Part shown: in pieces, positions 8,749 through 21,031 of the stretch
Position numbering within the stretch: position 1 is the first letter of the stretch
How the letters are laid out: every line of letters starts with the position of its first letter
IMG/VR virus record: IMGVR_UViG_3300037478_000708
Coordinates: 1 to 64,000 of that record
DNA: 64,000 nucleotides
Strand: one strand, 5' to 3'
Source of the DNA: a virus
Made by a program: the position numbers and the translations under genes
The notes under the pieces: model-generated
Told to the model about the DNA's origin: nothing
The model's input: only the letters and a program-made list of their open reading frames with translations
The model's database searches: none

Positions 8749-11630
8749 GTGAACAGGTTGCCTTCGATCAGGCCCTCGGATGTCTCCGAGGGGATGTACA
8801 GTGGCGAGTGCGCGAGCTGCCAGGCCAACTGCATCGGCTACGGTCGGCTGGGACGCCTGACGTTGTGCGCGGACTGCAAGCGCCTGGCGCCATTCGTGCG
8901 CACGGTGCGCGATGAGACCGGTGCGAAGGTCGGAGCGCGGTACGTTTCGCAGGACGAGTTGCTCGACAAGCTGTTCGACGCGGGTGTGCGGAGGGCCCGG
9001 TCATGACCAAGGTGTTCGTTTACCGGCCGAGTTCCGGACGCGAGGACTGCGCGGCCGTCGTCTATGACGAGGAGGGCAACGTGCTCGGCGCGCACATCTC
9101 TTCGTCGCTGGAGTGGGCTCGGCATGACGTGGCCCGTTTCATCCCCGAAGGGGCGGAGGCCGTGTGGTGCATCGGTCGGGCGGCCTTGGAGGCGCGGATC
9201 GAAGCGGGTGAGCTGCGCAACCTGTCCTTTGCGGAGCAGGGGGACTGCCGGGGGCCGTCGTGACGCCTGGACCGATCTCCGACTCCTATCCGGGTCCGCC
9301 GGACCCCACCGAGACGCTCAACTGCGCCTTCTGCGGCTTTCAGTACAGCGGCCCCAAGCCCGTCTCCAGGGACGTCCTTGCGGCGCACGTCAGGGTGTGC
9401 CCCGAACACCCGCTTGCTCAAGAGCTGGCGGAGTTGCGTGAACAGCTCACCTGCCCGATCTGCGCGGGGCAGCCGCACGCGTCCCTCTTGCCGTGTGCCT
9501 GCAAGGGTACGAACAAGATCACCGAAGCCTTCGCGTACGTGCATCGCGAGTGGGGCCGGCTGGCGGCTGCGGAGAACGTCAGGCGGCAACTGGGAGAGCA
9601 GTGATGTTTTCCGGCTTCGTTTCATCCGTCCGACCTTCGGTGGGGTAGGGTTACCAAGTGAAGTTGAATCCCGAGGAAGACGCGACTCTCGCCGCGCGCA
9701 GCGCGCCGATTCTGGAGCGACTCCGAGCGGCCCTGGAGTGGATGACCTCCGCCGATTCCGACTGGGAAGACGGCGAGGTCGGCGTCGGTCACGGGTTTCG
9801 TGTCCGAGCCCACGAGGCGGTGGAGCACCTGCGCGCGCTCGACGTGCTTCTCAGAGGGAAGGATTTCCCTGAGCTGTTGCGTCGTCTGGTCGTTTGTCCG
9901 GAGTGCTCCCGCGAAGCGGGTCCCGGTGTTTCAGTGAGCTACGAGCCTCCGGGTTGCTTGACGCATGGAGGAGCAGACGTGGCGCTGCACTGTCTCCTGC
10001 GCGCGGACTGGTCGACTCCGTGGGAGTGCTCCAATGCGCTTCACAAGCCCGTGCCTGTGACCGGCACCCCTTCGGAGGGGTGGTTCTGCGGCCTCTGCTG
10101 GTCCGATTGGCAGGATCCGGAACTCGGCATCGCGTCGATTACGATGGAGGCTCGGCTCAAGGCGTACGCTCGCCGCGCGTTGGCGAAGCACACAACGCTC
10201 GCCGTGGAGGCGGAGCGGGCGCGTGCAGCGCAGCACACCGCGGGTCGCGCCCTGATCGCAGCGTGCGAGGTCGACCTCGACACCCGTCGCTGTCGGCCGG
10301 AGACGCTGCTCGCGCTCAACCTCGCTCGTCAAGCGTTTCCCGAGATCCGTCCGGCTGAACGTGACGTCTACGATCCCGACGCCGCGTTACGCGTGGCCTC
10401 TGCCTCGTGGTGAGCGACGCTATCCACCCCCCGCTGAACCACAACTTGACTCCACAACAAACGAAGGAACGTTAGATGAAAGCACTTCTCACCGCGGCAC
10501 TGCTCGCGTTCGCCAGCCCCGCGCAACCCCCGAGGGACAACGAGGCCCTGCCCCCGGTCCTGATCCTGTCGGTGCCGGGTGAGCCCGGCTTCGAGCCCGG
10601 TACGACGGCCGAGGTCGGCGATCTCTTCGTGGACCGGGATGGCTTCGTTCAGATGGTCTTCGTGTCCGCTCCGCACGTCGGCATCGAGCTGGGCTGCTGG
10701 TACAGCGAGCACGACTGGTTCGGCTACGGAACCGGCGGCGACTGGGGTCCGTACGCGGTCGATTACGTCCTGTACTCGCCCCTGCTCCGCTCGTGGATCC
10801 GGCAAGTCCTGGCGGGCGCCGGGCAGTCCACCACACCCGACTGCCGCTAGGGAGGCGTCAGGGCGATGAGTGAGGCGGACCTGGCAGATCTGCGCAAGGC
10901 GGCTGAGATCTGCGCAGAGCACGACAAGGACGCGCTGACCGTCCACGGCCGTACGGTGCTCGCGCTGTTCGCGGAGCGCGACGAACTGGCCGAGCGGCTG
11001 CGTGGATGGGGCGACGCGAAGGATCAACTGGCCGCTGCGGATTCGGGCCGGGTTGCGCTCGTCGCCGGTCGTGCGGCGATTCTGTCGGCGCTGGAGGCAG
11101 CGCGGGATCAAGCGCACGCCGACGCTGAAGCCTCTTCCGCTACGGGTATCGATCCGTCTCAATGGACCCGGGTCGAGAAGGCGTGCGTCTCGGCCCTTTC
11201 CGCGCTCGAAGCGACCACGGATGCGGTGAGCCCCGCTGAGGCGGTGCGGGAGCAGGTCGAGCGGCTGGAGCGGTGGCTCCTCGATCGCGTGGCCGAAGGT
11301 CGGCGACTCGTCGAGAGCGCGTCGATGCGATACGTGAACGGCGGGCGGGAGGTTGACCTCGAGAAGCTCGTGCAGGAGGGCGGCAAGCTCCGCGGCTACA
11401 AGGAAGTCGCGGACTACATACGGCGGCACGTCACGGTGACCGTTCAGACGGTTGCCGCGCGACACCCTCCGCCGCACCATCTCTATCTCGTGTGGCGCAA
11501 GGGTCGCGAGTTCACGGCGACCCCGTGCTACGGCATGCACGCGCCGCGGTGGGTCGTTCGGAAGTCGGATGGAACCGAGGATCCCCCCATCGCGATGGAG
11601 GATACGGATCGCTGGAGACCGGTGACGTGA
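8749..11630 (+). CDS. Cluster of small hypothetical proteins (8749-9006, 9003-9263, 9260-9604, 9658-10413, 10476-10850 with signal peptide, 10866-11630); several CxxC motifs
   Basis: Chained ATGA/GTGA overlaps; codon usage. Confidence 0.6.
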
Positions 11631-11926
11631 AGACGGACCGAGAGATCGTGCGGCTCTACCGCAGCGGCCTGTCGCTCGAGCGGATCGGTCGGCGTGTCGG
11701 GAAGGACCACTCCTGGGTCTGGCGCCGTCTCAAGGCGTTGGGCGAGCCCCGGCGCTCGCACAAGGAGGCCCTCCGTGGGCTGCCTCGGGTCCGTCGCCCC
11801 GACGTCACCGTGGAGGGTGTGCGGCGACTGCGTGAGCGCGGCTGGAGTGTTCGGAAGATCGCGGAGCACTTCGACGCGTCCTACCGCACCGTGTACAAGC
11901 GACTGGAGGCGTGTGATGCGAGCTAG
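11627..11926 (+). CDS. Tandem helix-turn-helix protein
   Basis: LYRSGLSLERIGRRVG..WVWRRL and LRERGWSVRKIAEHFDASYRTVYKRL. Confidence 0.75.
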   Translation: MKTDREIVRLYRSGLSLERIGRRVGKDHSWVWRRLKALGEPRRSHKEALRGLPRVRRPDVTVEGVRRLRERGWSVRKIAEHFDASYRTVYKRLEACDAS

Positions 11927-12257
11927 GACCGGCGAGCAATACGCCGTCAAGCACTTGCGCCGTACGCTTGCCTGGTTCCGTCGACAGGAGCCCCGTCGCG
12001 TGAACGGCCGCATCGTCTCGCGCCGGCAGCGTCGGCTCGAGCGCGAACGAGCACGACGCATTCTCTTCCTGCCGTTCGTGCAGCCGCTCGTGCGAGCGAC
12101 CTTCCGCGGGGTCTCCGGGTTGGTGTACGTGAGGCCGCTGAGGACAGGACGGCTCTCCGCCAGCGAACCGAACTTGCAGAACATCCCGACGGGGACCACG
12201 CGCAGTCGGGAACTTCTCGAGGCGTTCAAACCGGCGGAGGAAATCGATGGGGCTTAG
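11916..12257 (+). CDS. Small protein carrying an isolated family-A DNA polymerase motif
   Basis: TGRLSASEPNLQNIP..T..RELLEAF at the C-terminus; no other PolA motifs. Confidence 0.6.
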   Translation: MRARTGEQYAVKHLRRTLAWFRRQEPRRVNGRIVSRRQRRLERERARRILFLPFVQPLVRATFRGVSGLVYVRPLRTGRLSASEPNLQNIPTGTTRSRELLEAFKPAEEIDGA

Positions 12258-15200
12258 CGTCTCGCGCGGCGCCCCGCCGATCTGGTGGCCGATCGCACGG
12301 TTCCGATGGCGGCGCCGGAAGCGTGTTCTACGCGCGAGGGCTCTTGGCGAGTTGTCCGTGTTCAGCATGCCGACCGTGCGCGCGCCGTTCCCGACGCTGC
12401 GTGCAGCCGACCTCTCGAATGCGCAGCCGCTCGCAGAGCGGTCGCTTGAGGACGCGCTCCCGTGGAGCGTGGTGCGTCGACGTACACGCTGGTACGCGCG
12501 TCTGTGGCGCTGGGCCAAAGGATCGAAGCCGGAAGGGTGCTGCCGGTGAAGACCGCGATCGGAACGCCTGATCCCGAGCCGCGGAAGAGCCGCGAGGAGA
12601 TCCTGGCGCGTGTGAGGGCAGTTCTCGGACTAAAGACAATGGCCGGTAACGTCACGATGCTCGTGCGGTTCCTTGATGGGACGATCCGCTTCGGCCACTA
12701 CCAGGCGACAGCCGACGTGCCGGGATGCCGTCTGTACGAGACCGCCGAGGAGGTGAAGGCGCAGGGCAACTCGGGCTGGTTCGACGAGCCCGAGCATGAC
12801 CCGAGCGTGCCGGAGGTCGAGGTCGAGCTGTACGTGCCGTACGGCGGCGGCTTCCACTGGTCCGGCCGGGCCCGCGGCCTGTGGCTGGTCGACAGCGGCC
12901 ACCGCTGCGACGAGCGCGATCCCTTCTCTCACTGGATCGAAGGCTTGCAGGACGGCACCCCCGACTGGGTGCCGGAGGAGTTCCGCTGATGCTCGACCCC
13001 GAGGAACGTGCCGCGGACCTGGCGGAGCTGCAGCGGCTTTGCGAGAAGCTCGGCGTGACCGTCGTTTTCCCCCCGCAAGCGAGGAAGACAGTGGTGCGCA
13101 AGGGAGAGCCGGAGGCGCCGACATGGGGCGGTGCCGTGCTTGAAGTGTTGTCGTGGCTTCGCACGGCGTTCTTCTTGGTGGTCGCAGTCTTCTTCGTCGG
13201 GGTGACGCTCGGGGCGCTGACGCGCTTGTTCACGTTCGGATGGTCGGTCGGGCAGGAGTGGCGCCCTTGACCGATCTCAGGAGCGAGTGCTGCAACGCAC
13301 GGGTCGACCTGATGCGAGACGGCTCCGGTCGGTGCCGCTGCGCCGCGTGCAAGCGGGAATGGACGGATGAATCGATGAGCAGACGCAACGAAGCGGGCGA
13401 CTGGAAGCGCACGGGTGAGCCGCGCTACTCGGTGGAGCTGCTGTCCACCGGCCGCTGTCGTGTGGTGAGCGGCGGGTCGATGACGTTCACCGAGGCGCAA
13501 GCCCTAGCCGAGCAGAAGAACCGCGAGCGCGACGAAAGGGACGTGCGTGCCAGCGAGCCCTGGCCGGGTGCGGCTGAGGGGAGTTTCGATGCCTGACCGA
13601 GAAGCCGAAATCCTCCGTCGCAGCCGTGCGCTCGCGGAGGTGCGGGCCCTCCTTCGTGAGATCGACCGTGGCGTGGAGCACTTGGTCTATGTCCCGGCGC
13701 TGCACGCACTGCGCGGGCGGGTTCAGGGGCAGGCCCGTCGCGCCGTGTCCCTCCTGTCCACGCTCGCGCCCGCCCCGCCGCCGAGCGCGCCCGGAGTGGA
13801 TGCCGGATACGAGGAGCGCCCGGACCCCGTTACGGGCGAGCCCCTGTACCGCCCGGCCGCTCCGGCTCCGGACAACGACATTGAGCGTGTCGATTGGGAC
13901 TTCCGCGCGCCGAGCCCCGCCCCGGTCCGCTCGGGTTCGATCAAGGTCTGTCTGGTCCCCGCCCCGGCGCGGAGCGCGGAGCCCGGCAGCGCGGTCGCGC
14001 GCGTGGTCGCATGCGCCGCCGAGGTCGAGGTCATCACCGACGCCGAGGAGCAGGCCGCCCTCGCCGAGATCGCCGCCCTGCGCGCCAAGCTCGCCGAGAC
14101 GCAAAGCGTGCTTGGTGCGGTTATCGTGGAGCGTGATGCCGTGCAGGCGACTCTGAGCCAGGTAGATGCTCAGCTCGCCGCCGCCGAGTCCCGCGCGCAC
14201 GTGGCGGCCGAGGCGATGCGGGAGGAGTGCGCGGCGATCGTGCGCACCGCGCCTGTCAAGTGGAACACGCGTCACGACCCGCAGGACCATGAGGATAGGG
14301 TGCGCCAACGTCTCGCTGCTCTCGTCGAGGAGCTGCCGCTGCCCGCCTCGCCGCCGCCCGCGCGCAACAAAGAGATTCCGATGCGACTTGAGATCCGATG
14401 CAGCCAGGTGCAGATCCGCCCGTCCGACACGAGTGGCGTCATCGTCGAAGCCGAGGTGTGCGACGCCGAGGCTTTGCGAGATCAGGTGCTTCGGGAGCCC
14501 GACGACGACGCGGACGACTGGCCGCTTGCAAAGCGGTATGGCGAGGTGCAGGAGCGCCTACGTGTCGCCGAGGCCCGCGCCAGGCAACTAGAGAGGGACC
14601 TCGCCATCGCGCATCGCGCCCTTGCGGAGGCAGGCAAGCGATTCTCGAGCGGGGACATGGAGGGCACGCGCCTGCTCCTGTGCGACACCAACGCGCAGGC
14701 GAACGCTGCGGCCTTGCCCACCGCGCCGGAGCCGGGGCTCCCATCTGCCTGGGTCCGTGAGGTTGACGCCGCGATCGAGCAGGGACGGCGAGACCTCGCC
14801 GCGGTTCAGCGATCGCGCGGCGCCCGGGTGTTCCAGGCCGCGCCGGAGCCGGGGCTCGCCGAGGCGGCGCGGGATGTCGTGACCGCGCTGCGTCAGGTTC
14901 TCGGCTGGCGCGAGTTGCGCAACTCGAACGACGACATTCCTATTGAGCGCATCGAGGAGATCGCCTCGACTGCCCTACGCAACTACGACGCCGCCCTGGC
15001 GTCCAGCGACCCCGCGCGCGGAGCGGAGGGGAAGTGATGGGAGTCATCCTCGACAGCAGTGGCCCGCTTCACGCGGAGGTGCGTAGCCGCTCATTCGTCA
15101 TCTTCACCGACTTCGGGAAGGAACGCCTGGAACTCGACGACGCCGATATGGAACACCTAGAGCGGATGATTCAGCGCATCCGCGAGCACGCGCCGGACCG

Positions 15201-18200
15201 GTTCTCCGCGACCGCGCGCGGCGGGGAAAACGAGGTGCAACCGTGAGGGTCGAAGTCTCCAGTCCGTCACGCAAGGTTGACTGCCGCGACCGCGCGAGTC
15301 GTCTTCTTCTTCGCGCAGATGACGAGATCGTGCAGGAAGTCCTCGCCGCGATTGCGGAGACGTTCCAGCGCTGGCGCTCGGATCAACCCGGATCTTTCGC
15401 GGCATTTCTCTGCGACGAGGAAGAGCGTCGCGCACGGCAGAACGAGGTCTCCCCGTGAGCGTGCCGCTCGGCGACCGCCGCGACTGGCAACTCTGGGTCG
15501 CGATCATCGCGCTCGCCATTGGCTTGCTGGTCCAAACGCTGCGGCAGGAACGCGACGAAGACCGCTTCGAGCACATGCACAATCGCTTGCGCGCATTGGA
15601 GGCCAGATGAGTGCCGCGTCAGACGATCCCGGCGACCGCCGCGAGGAACGCGAGGCCGCGATGCGCGACGCGATCGAGCGTCGCATCCCGCCGAACCGGG
15701 CTGTGCTGGACGCAATGCGCGCGGACTGGCGGGAGATTGACGCTCTCCGTGACCAGCTTCGTGGCGAGCTATCCCGTCCGCGTCCCAACGAGACTGTCGC
15801 GGAGCGGGAGGAGCGCGGCGCGGCGATGACGGAAGCGTACGTACAGGCATTCGGAGCCCGCGCCGAGCCCGCGCTGCCCGGCGACTGCCACGAGAATCTC
15901 GAACTCGACGCGCTGGAGCGGGAGCTGAACGGACGGCTCGAGTGGTCGGTGCGGACGTGGGATAAAGTCCGCGCGCTGGTCCGCTCGGCCCGCGAGCGGG
16001 ACCGGCTCGAGAGTGACGTGAAGGTCGCGGTGCGGGGGCACACGCCGGAATGCTCGGCCATGAGGGACTTCCTGGGCACGGCGAGTGAAGACCCCGGATG
16101 CGACTGCGGCTTCCAAGAGGCCACCGCTCGGGGAGTCGGGCAGATCGTGCAGTCTCAGCTCGCCGCGCTGCCCGCGCTCCGGGCCGACGTCGAGCGGCTG
16201 CGGGCGGAGCGGGACGAGGCGCAAGACGAACGCGATCGGGCGATCGAGAGCGCGCGCAAGCTCACCGTCCAGCTCGAGACGGAGGGGCGCGAGGGAAAGG
16301 GTGGAGCATGAGCTACTCGTACGAGTACCTCTTGGAGGAAGCCGCGCGCTTCTGGGCCGCGTGTGGCACGCGCGCCGTGATGTTCAACCCCGACGCCCGA
16401 GAGGCCGCGCTCAAGGCTTTCTGCTACGTCGCAGTGCGGTGTTTCGATCCGCGGGCGCAGGCCGTCTTCGAGTCGCATGTCGTCAACTTCCAGTGCCGCT
16501 TGCTGCACGTTCAAACGAGAGAAGAGGTGAGCTGTGGGTGACAGGACCCGAGGGCTCTACGGGAAGTTCCGAGTCGAGCGTACGGACGGCTCGAGCGCGC
16601 CGGGAGAGAAGCATGCCGGGTGCGACTACTTCACGCTCGACTTGACGCACGACCCGTTCGCGGCTCCGGCGATCGCGGCCTACGCGGACGCGTGCGCGGC
16701 TGAGTACCCGTCGCTCGCGCGCGACCTGCGCGCCAAGCTGTGCGCGGAATGTGGCGGCGCAGGCGTCCTCGATTCAGGCGGTTTCACCCCCGGGGGCGAG
16801 GCGATCAACGTTCCGTGCCCCGCATGCTCTAAGCCACCTCCTGCAAGCGCCGCGCGGGGAACCAAGAGCGACCGGCGTTGTTGGAAGTGCGGAGCGTACG
16901 AGGTCTACGTCGAGACGATCGGGGACGGCTGCGACAAGCGGGTCACGTGCCACGGCTGCGGCTACTCGTACTCCGTGGATGGAGCCGACTCGTGAGCAAG
17001 CTCCTGACTCGCATCGGGCACGTCCCGGTCGGCGGCGTCTACTGGACGGACAAGCTCGACGGCGGACCGTTCCGGCTGCTCTCGACCGACGAGCCTGCGC
17101 GCAAGCCGATGGATCCGACCGGCCGCCGGTACGACGAGGGCAAGTCGTTCGCCGTCGCGCTGCGCGTGGACGATGGTGGGCTGGTCACGATGGACGCGAC
17201 GCACCCCGCCTGGGTGCTGCCGCAGCGGAAGGTCTCCCCGTGAGAAAGCCGAGACGAGTGACCGTGACGCTGGAGATCGAGTCGTTCGCCTCGCTGAGGG
17301 ATCTGCGCTCGCGCGAGTGGTGGCAGGCCCTCGTCAAGGCGTCGGACCGTGTGCACCAAGCGGAGGCTAAGGTTGTCACCCGCAGCCGAAGACCTGAGCG
17401 CCGTCGCTCCGATGAGGATCTCATGGATGAGGTCGGCGGCTGGCCGGAGAACGTTGGATGAACGGACACATCGGAACCGCACTCGCGCTGACCGCCCTGC
17501 TCTCCCCGGACTACCCCGGACGCGCAGGCCCGGCCAGGATCGGCTCGAAGACCAAGCGCTCGCGCAAGCGCAGGATGAAGGCCAAGGCCGCCCGCAAGAC
17601 GAGAGCGAAGCAGCGGAGGACGCGATGAGCGAGACGGTGAACGTGCCGCTTGTGGGCGGTCCCTTGCACGGGCAAGTGCGCACCGTGCCGCGGGAGTTGG
17701 AGGGGGAGCCGTTTGTCGTCTTCCCCCTGCCGCCGTTCCTCTCGCCGTTCCCGCGAATCCCCCCGTTCAAAACGGTCGTCCCGCTCGAAACGGCCATCTA
17801 CTTCCGCGCGCAGACGGCAGTTCCCGGCGGAGATCGTTACGTTTACTTCCGCCACTACGACGTGACCGAGACGCAGGCGGTGGCGATGCTCTTCCGACTC
17901 ATGTGGGAGCGCTTCCTGACCACCGTCGAAGCGGCCAAGGCGCCCGCGAGCGGAGGGTGAGCGTGTCCACGGAATCGCGTGCTTTGGCTCAAGCCGTTCC
18001 CGCGGCCCTAAGCCTCCCCCCTAGCCGCCCTAGACCCCCTGTGTTTTCTCGCCTCTTTCTTTGGACCCTGCGGGCCCTGTGCAGTCGCGACAAGGATGTC
18101 CGCCGGCTCTACTGGCTCTTGCGGTACGCGCCGCTTCAGGGGCCGCATCGGAAGGCTCTCGAGCCTCTCCGCGGAACGGAGCTTTCGGATGACGCGCGGC

Positions 18201-18919
18201 TGCTCGTGCGTACACTGTTCGCGGTCTACCGTCCGACGTAAGGAGACCTCGCCAATGAACCTCGACGACGTGCTCGCGCCCAAGCCGCTGTGGGGTCTGC
18301 TCACCCCCGATCAGGTGGACTTCTTCCACGACCGGTGGCAAAGGACACCCGCTGCGCGCAGCACGTGGCGGCCGACGTTCGTACTCGACGAGTGGCTCGA
18401 GGAGTACGCGTTCCAGTGCTGGAGGGGCGGCTGCCCCGCGGACAAGCAGGACGCCCGCACTCTGCTTCGTCGGTGCGTGGAGACCGAGGCACGCAAGCGC
18501 GGATGGAAGACGCGGCTGCGCGCTCAGCTCTTCCTGCATGCCGTGTTCCGCAAGGGCCCCGTGTTCGACCGCGGTCTTCCTCGTTCCTGGGACCAGCTCT
18601 ACGTCGACATGCGCGCGGACGGATGGTCCCACGAGCAGTCTGTGCGCAAGACGGTCTACGAATGATGGACTACCTCGTCGAAGACGGCGACCTCGCCGAG
18701 TACACGCTCGAGCAGAGCTTCACGCTCGGCGTGGAGTGGGAGCGCGTGCGGCAACGTCTCGATCGTCTCGACCGCGGTGACGCGCGGGTCTTCGAGGAGG
18801 TCGTGCACCGACGCAACGTCGATCGCCTCGTGGCCTTCGTGGAATCCCGGGGCTATCACGCGAGCGTCGACACGCTCGACTACGACAACTGGGTTCGTCT
18901 CCGGGTGCGGCCGGCGTGA
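12247..18919 (+). CDS. Run of about 16 small hypothetical phage genes (e.g. 12546-12989, 12989-13270, 13589-15037 coiled-coil, 15607-16311, 16534-16995, 17625-17960, 18255-18665, 18662-18919)
   Basis: Tightly coupled start/stop overlaps; typical phage accessory motifs (GLYGKFRVERTDG..DLTHDPFA; VGGPLHG). Confidence 0.6.
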
Positions 18920-19200
18920 AGCGCATCTTCAAGTATCGGTTGTTGCCGGGGGCCGAGCAGACGATCGAGATGCCGGAGGGAGCTGAGGTTCTCTCCGTGC
19001 AGGCGCAGCGCAACGTCGCGAACCTGTGGGCGCTCGCGGACGAAGAAGCGCCCCTGCGGGGGTACGCGTTCTTCGTGTGCCCCACCGGTGAACCTGTGCC
19101 GGAAGGGCTCGTGTACGTCGGTACGTTTCAGCTCGCCGACGGTCGCTACGTCTACCACCTGTTTCAGCGCCCCGCGGCCGAGGGGCACGCGGCGTGCTAG
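18916..19200 (+). CDS. Conserved small phage protein (MKRIFKY..LSVQAQ..LWA..YVGTFQ..VYHLF type)
   Basis: Recognisable widespread phage motif pattern. Confidence 0.65.
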   Translation: MKRIFKYRLLPGAEQTIEMPEGAEVLSVQAQRNVANLWALADEEAPLRGYAFFVCPTGEPVPEGLVYVGTFQLADGRYVYHLFQRPAAEGHAAC

Positions 19201-19242
19201 GGTCGGGGACCTCCCTTCCAGGCCAACCCGGAGACCTAACCC

Positions 19243-19434
19243 ATGACGCTCTCGCTTCTCTTCTGGCTCCTGATGCTCCTGTGGCTGATCTTCGGCGCGT
19301 TCCCGCTCGTCCGCGGCGACGTCCCCGGCGAGCCCGCGAAGCGCTCGTGGTCCGGCATGGGCGGGGCGCTCCTGCCGTTCCTGGCCGTCGCCGTGCTCGG
19401 CTGGCATGTCTTCGGACCGGCCATCCAGGGGTAG
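19243..19434 (+). CDS. Small two-TM membrane protein
   Basis: GGAG RBS; two hydrophobic helices. Confidence 0.65.
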   Translation: MTLSLLFWLLMLLWLIFGAFPLVRGDVPGEPAKRSWSGMGGALLPFLAVAVLGWHVFGPAIQG

Positions 19435-19605
19435 GTTCGGTGCACGGCCGCCATCCCGACGAAGGCAGCTCCGCGTTCAACCCCGCGGCGGCGTGGTGTG
19501 CTGAGTGCCGTGCCGCTCTCCGAATCGTCGGAGTTCGCTTCTACTCTTCGGAGGGCGGCCCTTACTGCTCGGAGAGCTGTCGGGACGCGGCGACCGAGCG
19601 CCGGT

Positions 19606-19632
19606 TGTCCAGTGACACGCTGTCACTGGACA
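19606..19632. repeat. Dispersed palindrome copy 3
   Basis: Identical 27-mer to copy 1; intergenic before 19658. Confidence 0.95.
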
Positions 19633-19657
19633 CGTTCCGGATCGTGACGCACGACGG

Positions 19658-19990
19658 GTGAAGCTCTTCCTCGTGGAAGATGGCGGCGAGGAGACCTGGG
19701 TCAGCGCCGCGCACGTCGGCCGTGCCGTCGAGCTGGTTGCGAAGGATCTCGGGTACAGCCGTGCGGACTACTGCAAAGAGTTCCCGGAGCACGTTGTTCG
19801 CGAACTGCCGCCGACGAAGTTGGTGACTCTGCGCAGCGACTCCATATGCCGGCCAGACGAACTTGCGGCCTGCGGAATCGAGGTGGATTGGGTTCCGTCT
19901 GACGCGCTGGCGCAGGTACGATTCTCCGCCCCTGCGAGGTCATGGGCCGAGAAGAGTCCGGACCAGATCGTTGGGAGCACGTACGACTAA
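19658..19990 (+). CDS. Hypothetical protein
   Basis: ORF with native codon usage. Confidence 0.55.
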   Translation: MKLFLVEDGGEETWVSAAHVGRAVELVAKDLGYSRADYCKEFPEHVVRELPPTKLVTLRSDSICRPDELAACGIEVDWVPSDALAQVRFSAPARSWAEKSPDQIVGSTYD

Positions 19991-20013
19991 CCCCCCGAAC
20001 GACGAGGCGAGCG

Positions 20014-20244
20014 ATGAACTTCTCCGCAGCCCTGGAAGCGTGCAAGAACGGCGACCGCGTGCGCCGGCAAGGTTGGAACGGCAAGGGCATGCACGTCGAG
20101 CTGCAACGCCCGGATGAGCACTCGAAGATGTCCCTGCCGTACCTCTTCCTTCGCACGGTGGACGGTGACCTCGTTCCGTGGGTCGCTTCCCAGACCGACC
20201 TCCTCGCCGAGGACTGGGACACGGTGGGGGAGCCCCTGGCGTGA
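20014..20244 (+). CDS. DUF2829 / Tad2-like (Thoeris anti-defence 2 family) protein
   Basis: [25 protein letters not shown]...PYL...[15 protein letters not shown], the family signature; GAGG RBS. Confidence 0.8.
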   Translation: MNFSAALEACKNGDRVRRQGWNGKGMHVELQRPDEHSKMSLPYLFLRTVDGDLVPWVASQTDLLAEDWDTVGEPLA

Positions 20245-21031
20245 TGGAGGCCGTGATCGTCTGCGAGGCGTGCTTCAACGCGATGCAGCCCGTGCGGGCG
20301 CTGTACGTCGCGCTTCTCGGGCCGCCGCGCTGCGCGGTCTGCGACGTCGAGCTGACCGTCGGCAAGGATCAGTACCGCTGCGTGTACGCACACGACGCAA
20401 CGGCGCACCGTTCGCGCGTCGCCTCGCGATAGGATGGGCGCGTGAAGATCGTCAACGGCATCGTCATCCCTGACCTGCTCGACCTGCACCTGTCGGAGGA
20501 CGCGCAGGCGTACCCGACGTACTGGTTGCTCGAGCGCTACTTCACGGGGCCGTGGGATTCGCCCACCGTGGACACGCTCATCGAACCGATCCGCGCCAAG
20601 GTCGAGCCGACGCAAGACCTCTCTCAGCTCGACGAGACTGACGAGCGGATCGTCACGACGCTGAACGCGCTCTACAACTCCGACTTCGACGCGTTCTCCC
20701 GGAGCACGGGCACGTCGTTGGCGACGTTCAGTCCCGGCTTCCCGTCCTCCACGACCTTCGGCGTCGTCCTGCCCGCGTTCAGCTCATGACCCCCCAAGCG
20801 ACCAAGCTCTACTGCTGCTTCCACCACTGCGCCGACGATTGCGTCGACGACGGACAACACGGTCCGCACGGCAACTGCAAGGCCGACGCCGAGTTCGAGA
20901 TCATCGAGCAACGAACCGATCTGCATCCGGCGGACAACAGCACGCACGCCTGTCGTGCGCACGTGGGCGAGATGCTCGGCAGCACGAAGATGGACCCGCC
21001 CACGCGATCGTGGGTCGTGGTCGAGCTGTAG
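20244..21031 (+). CDS. Three small hypothetical proteins (20244-20432, 20442-20789, 20786-21031)
   Basis: Coupled ORFs; Cys/His-rich. Confidence 0.55.
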
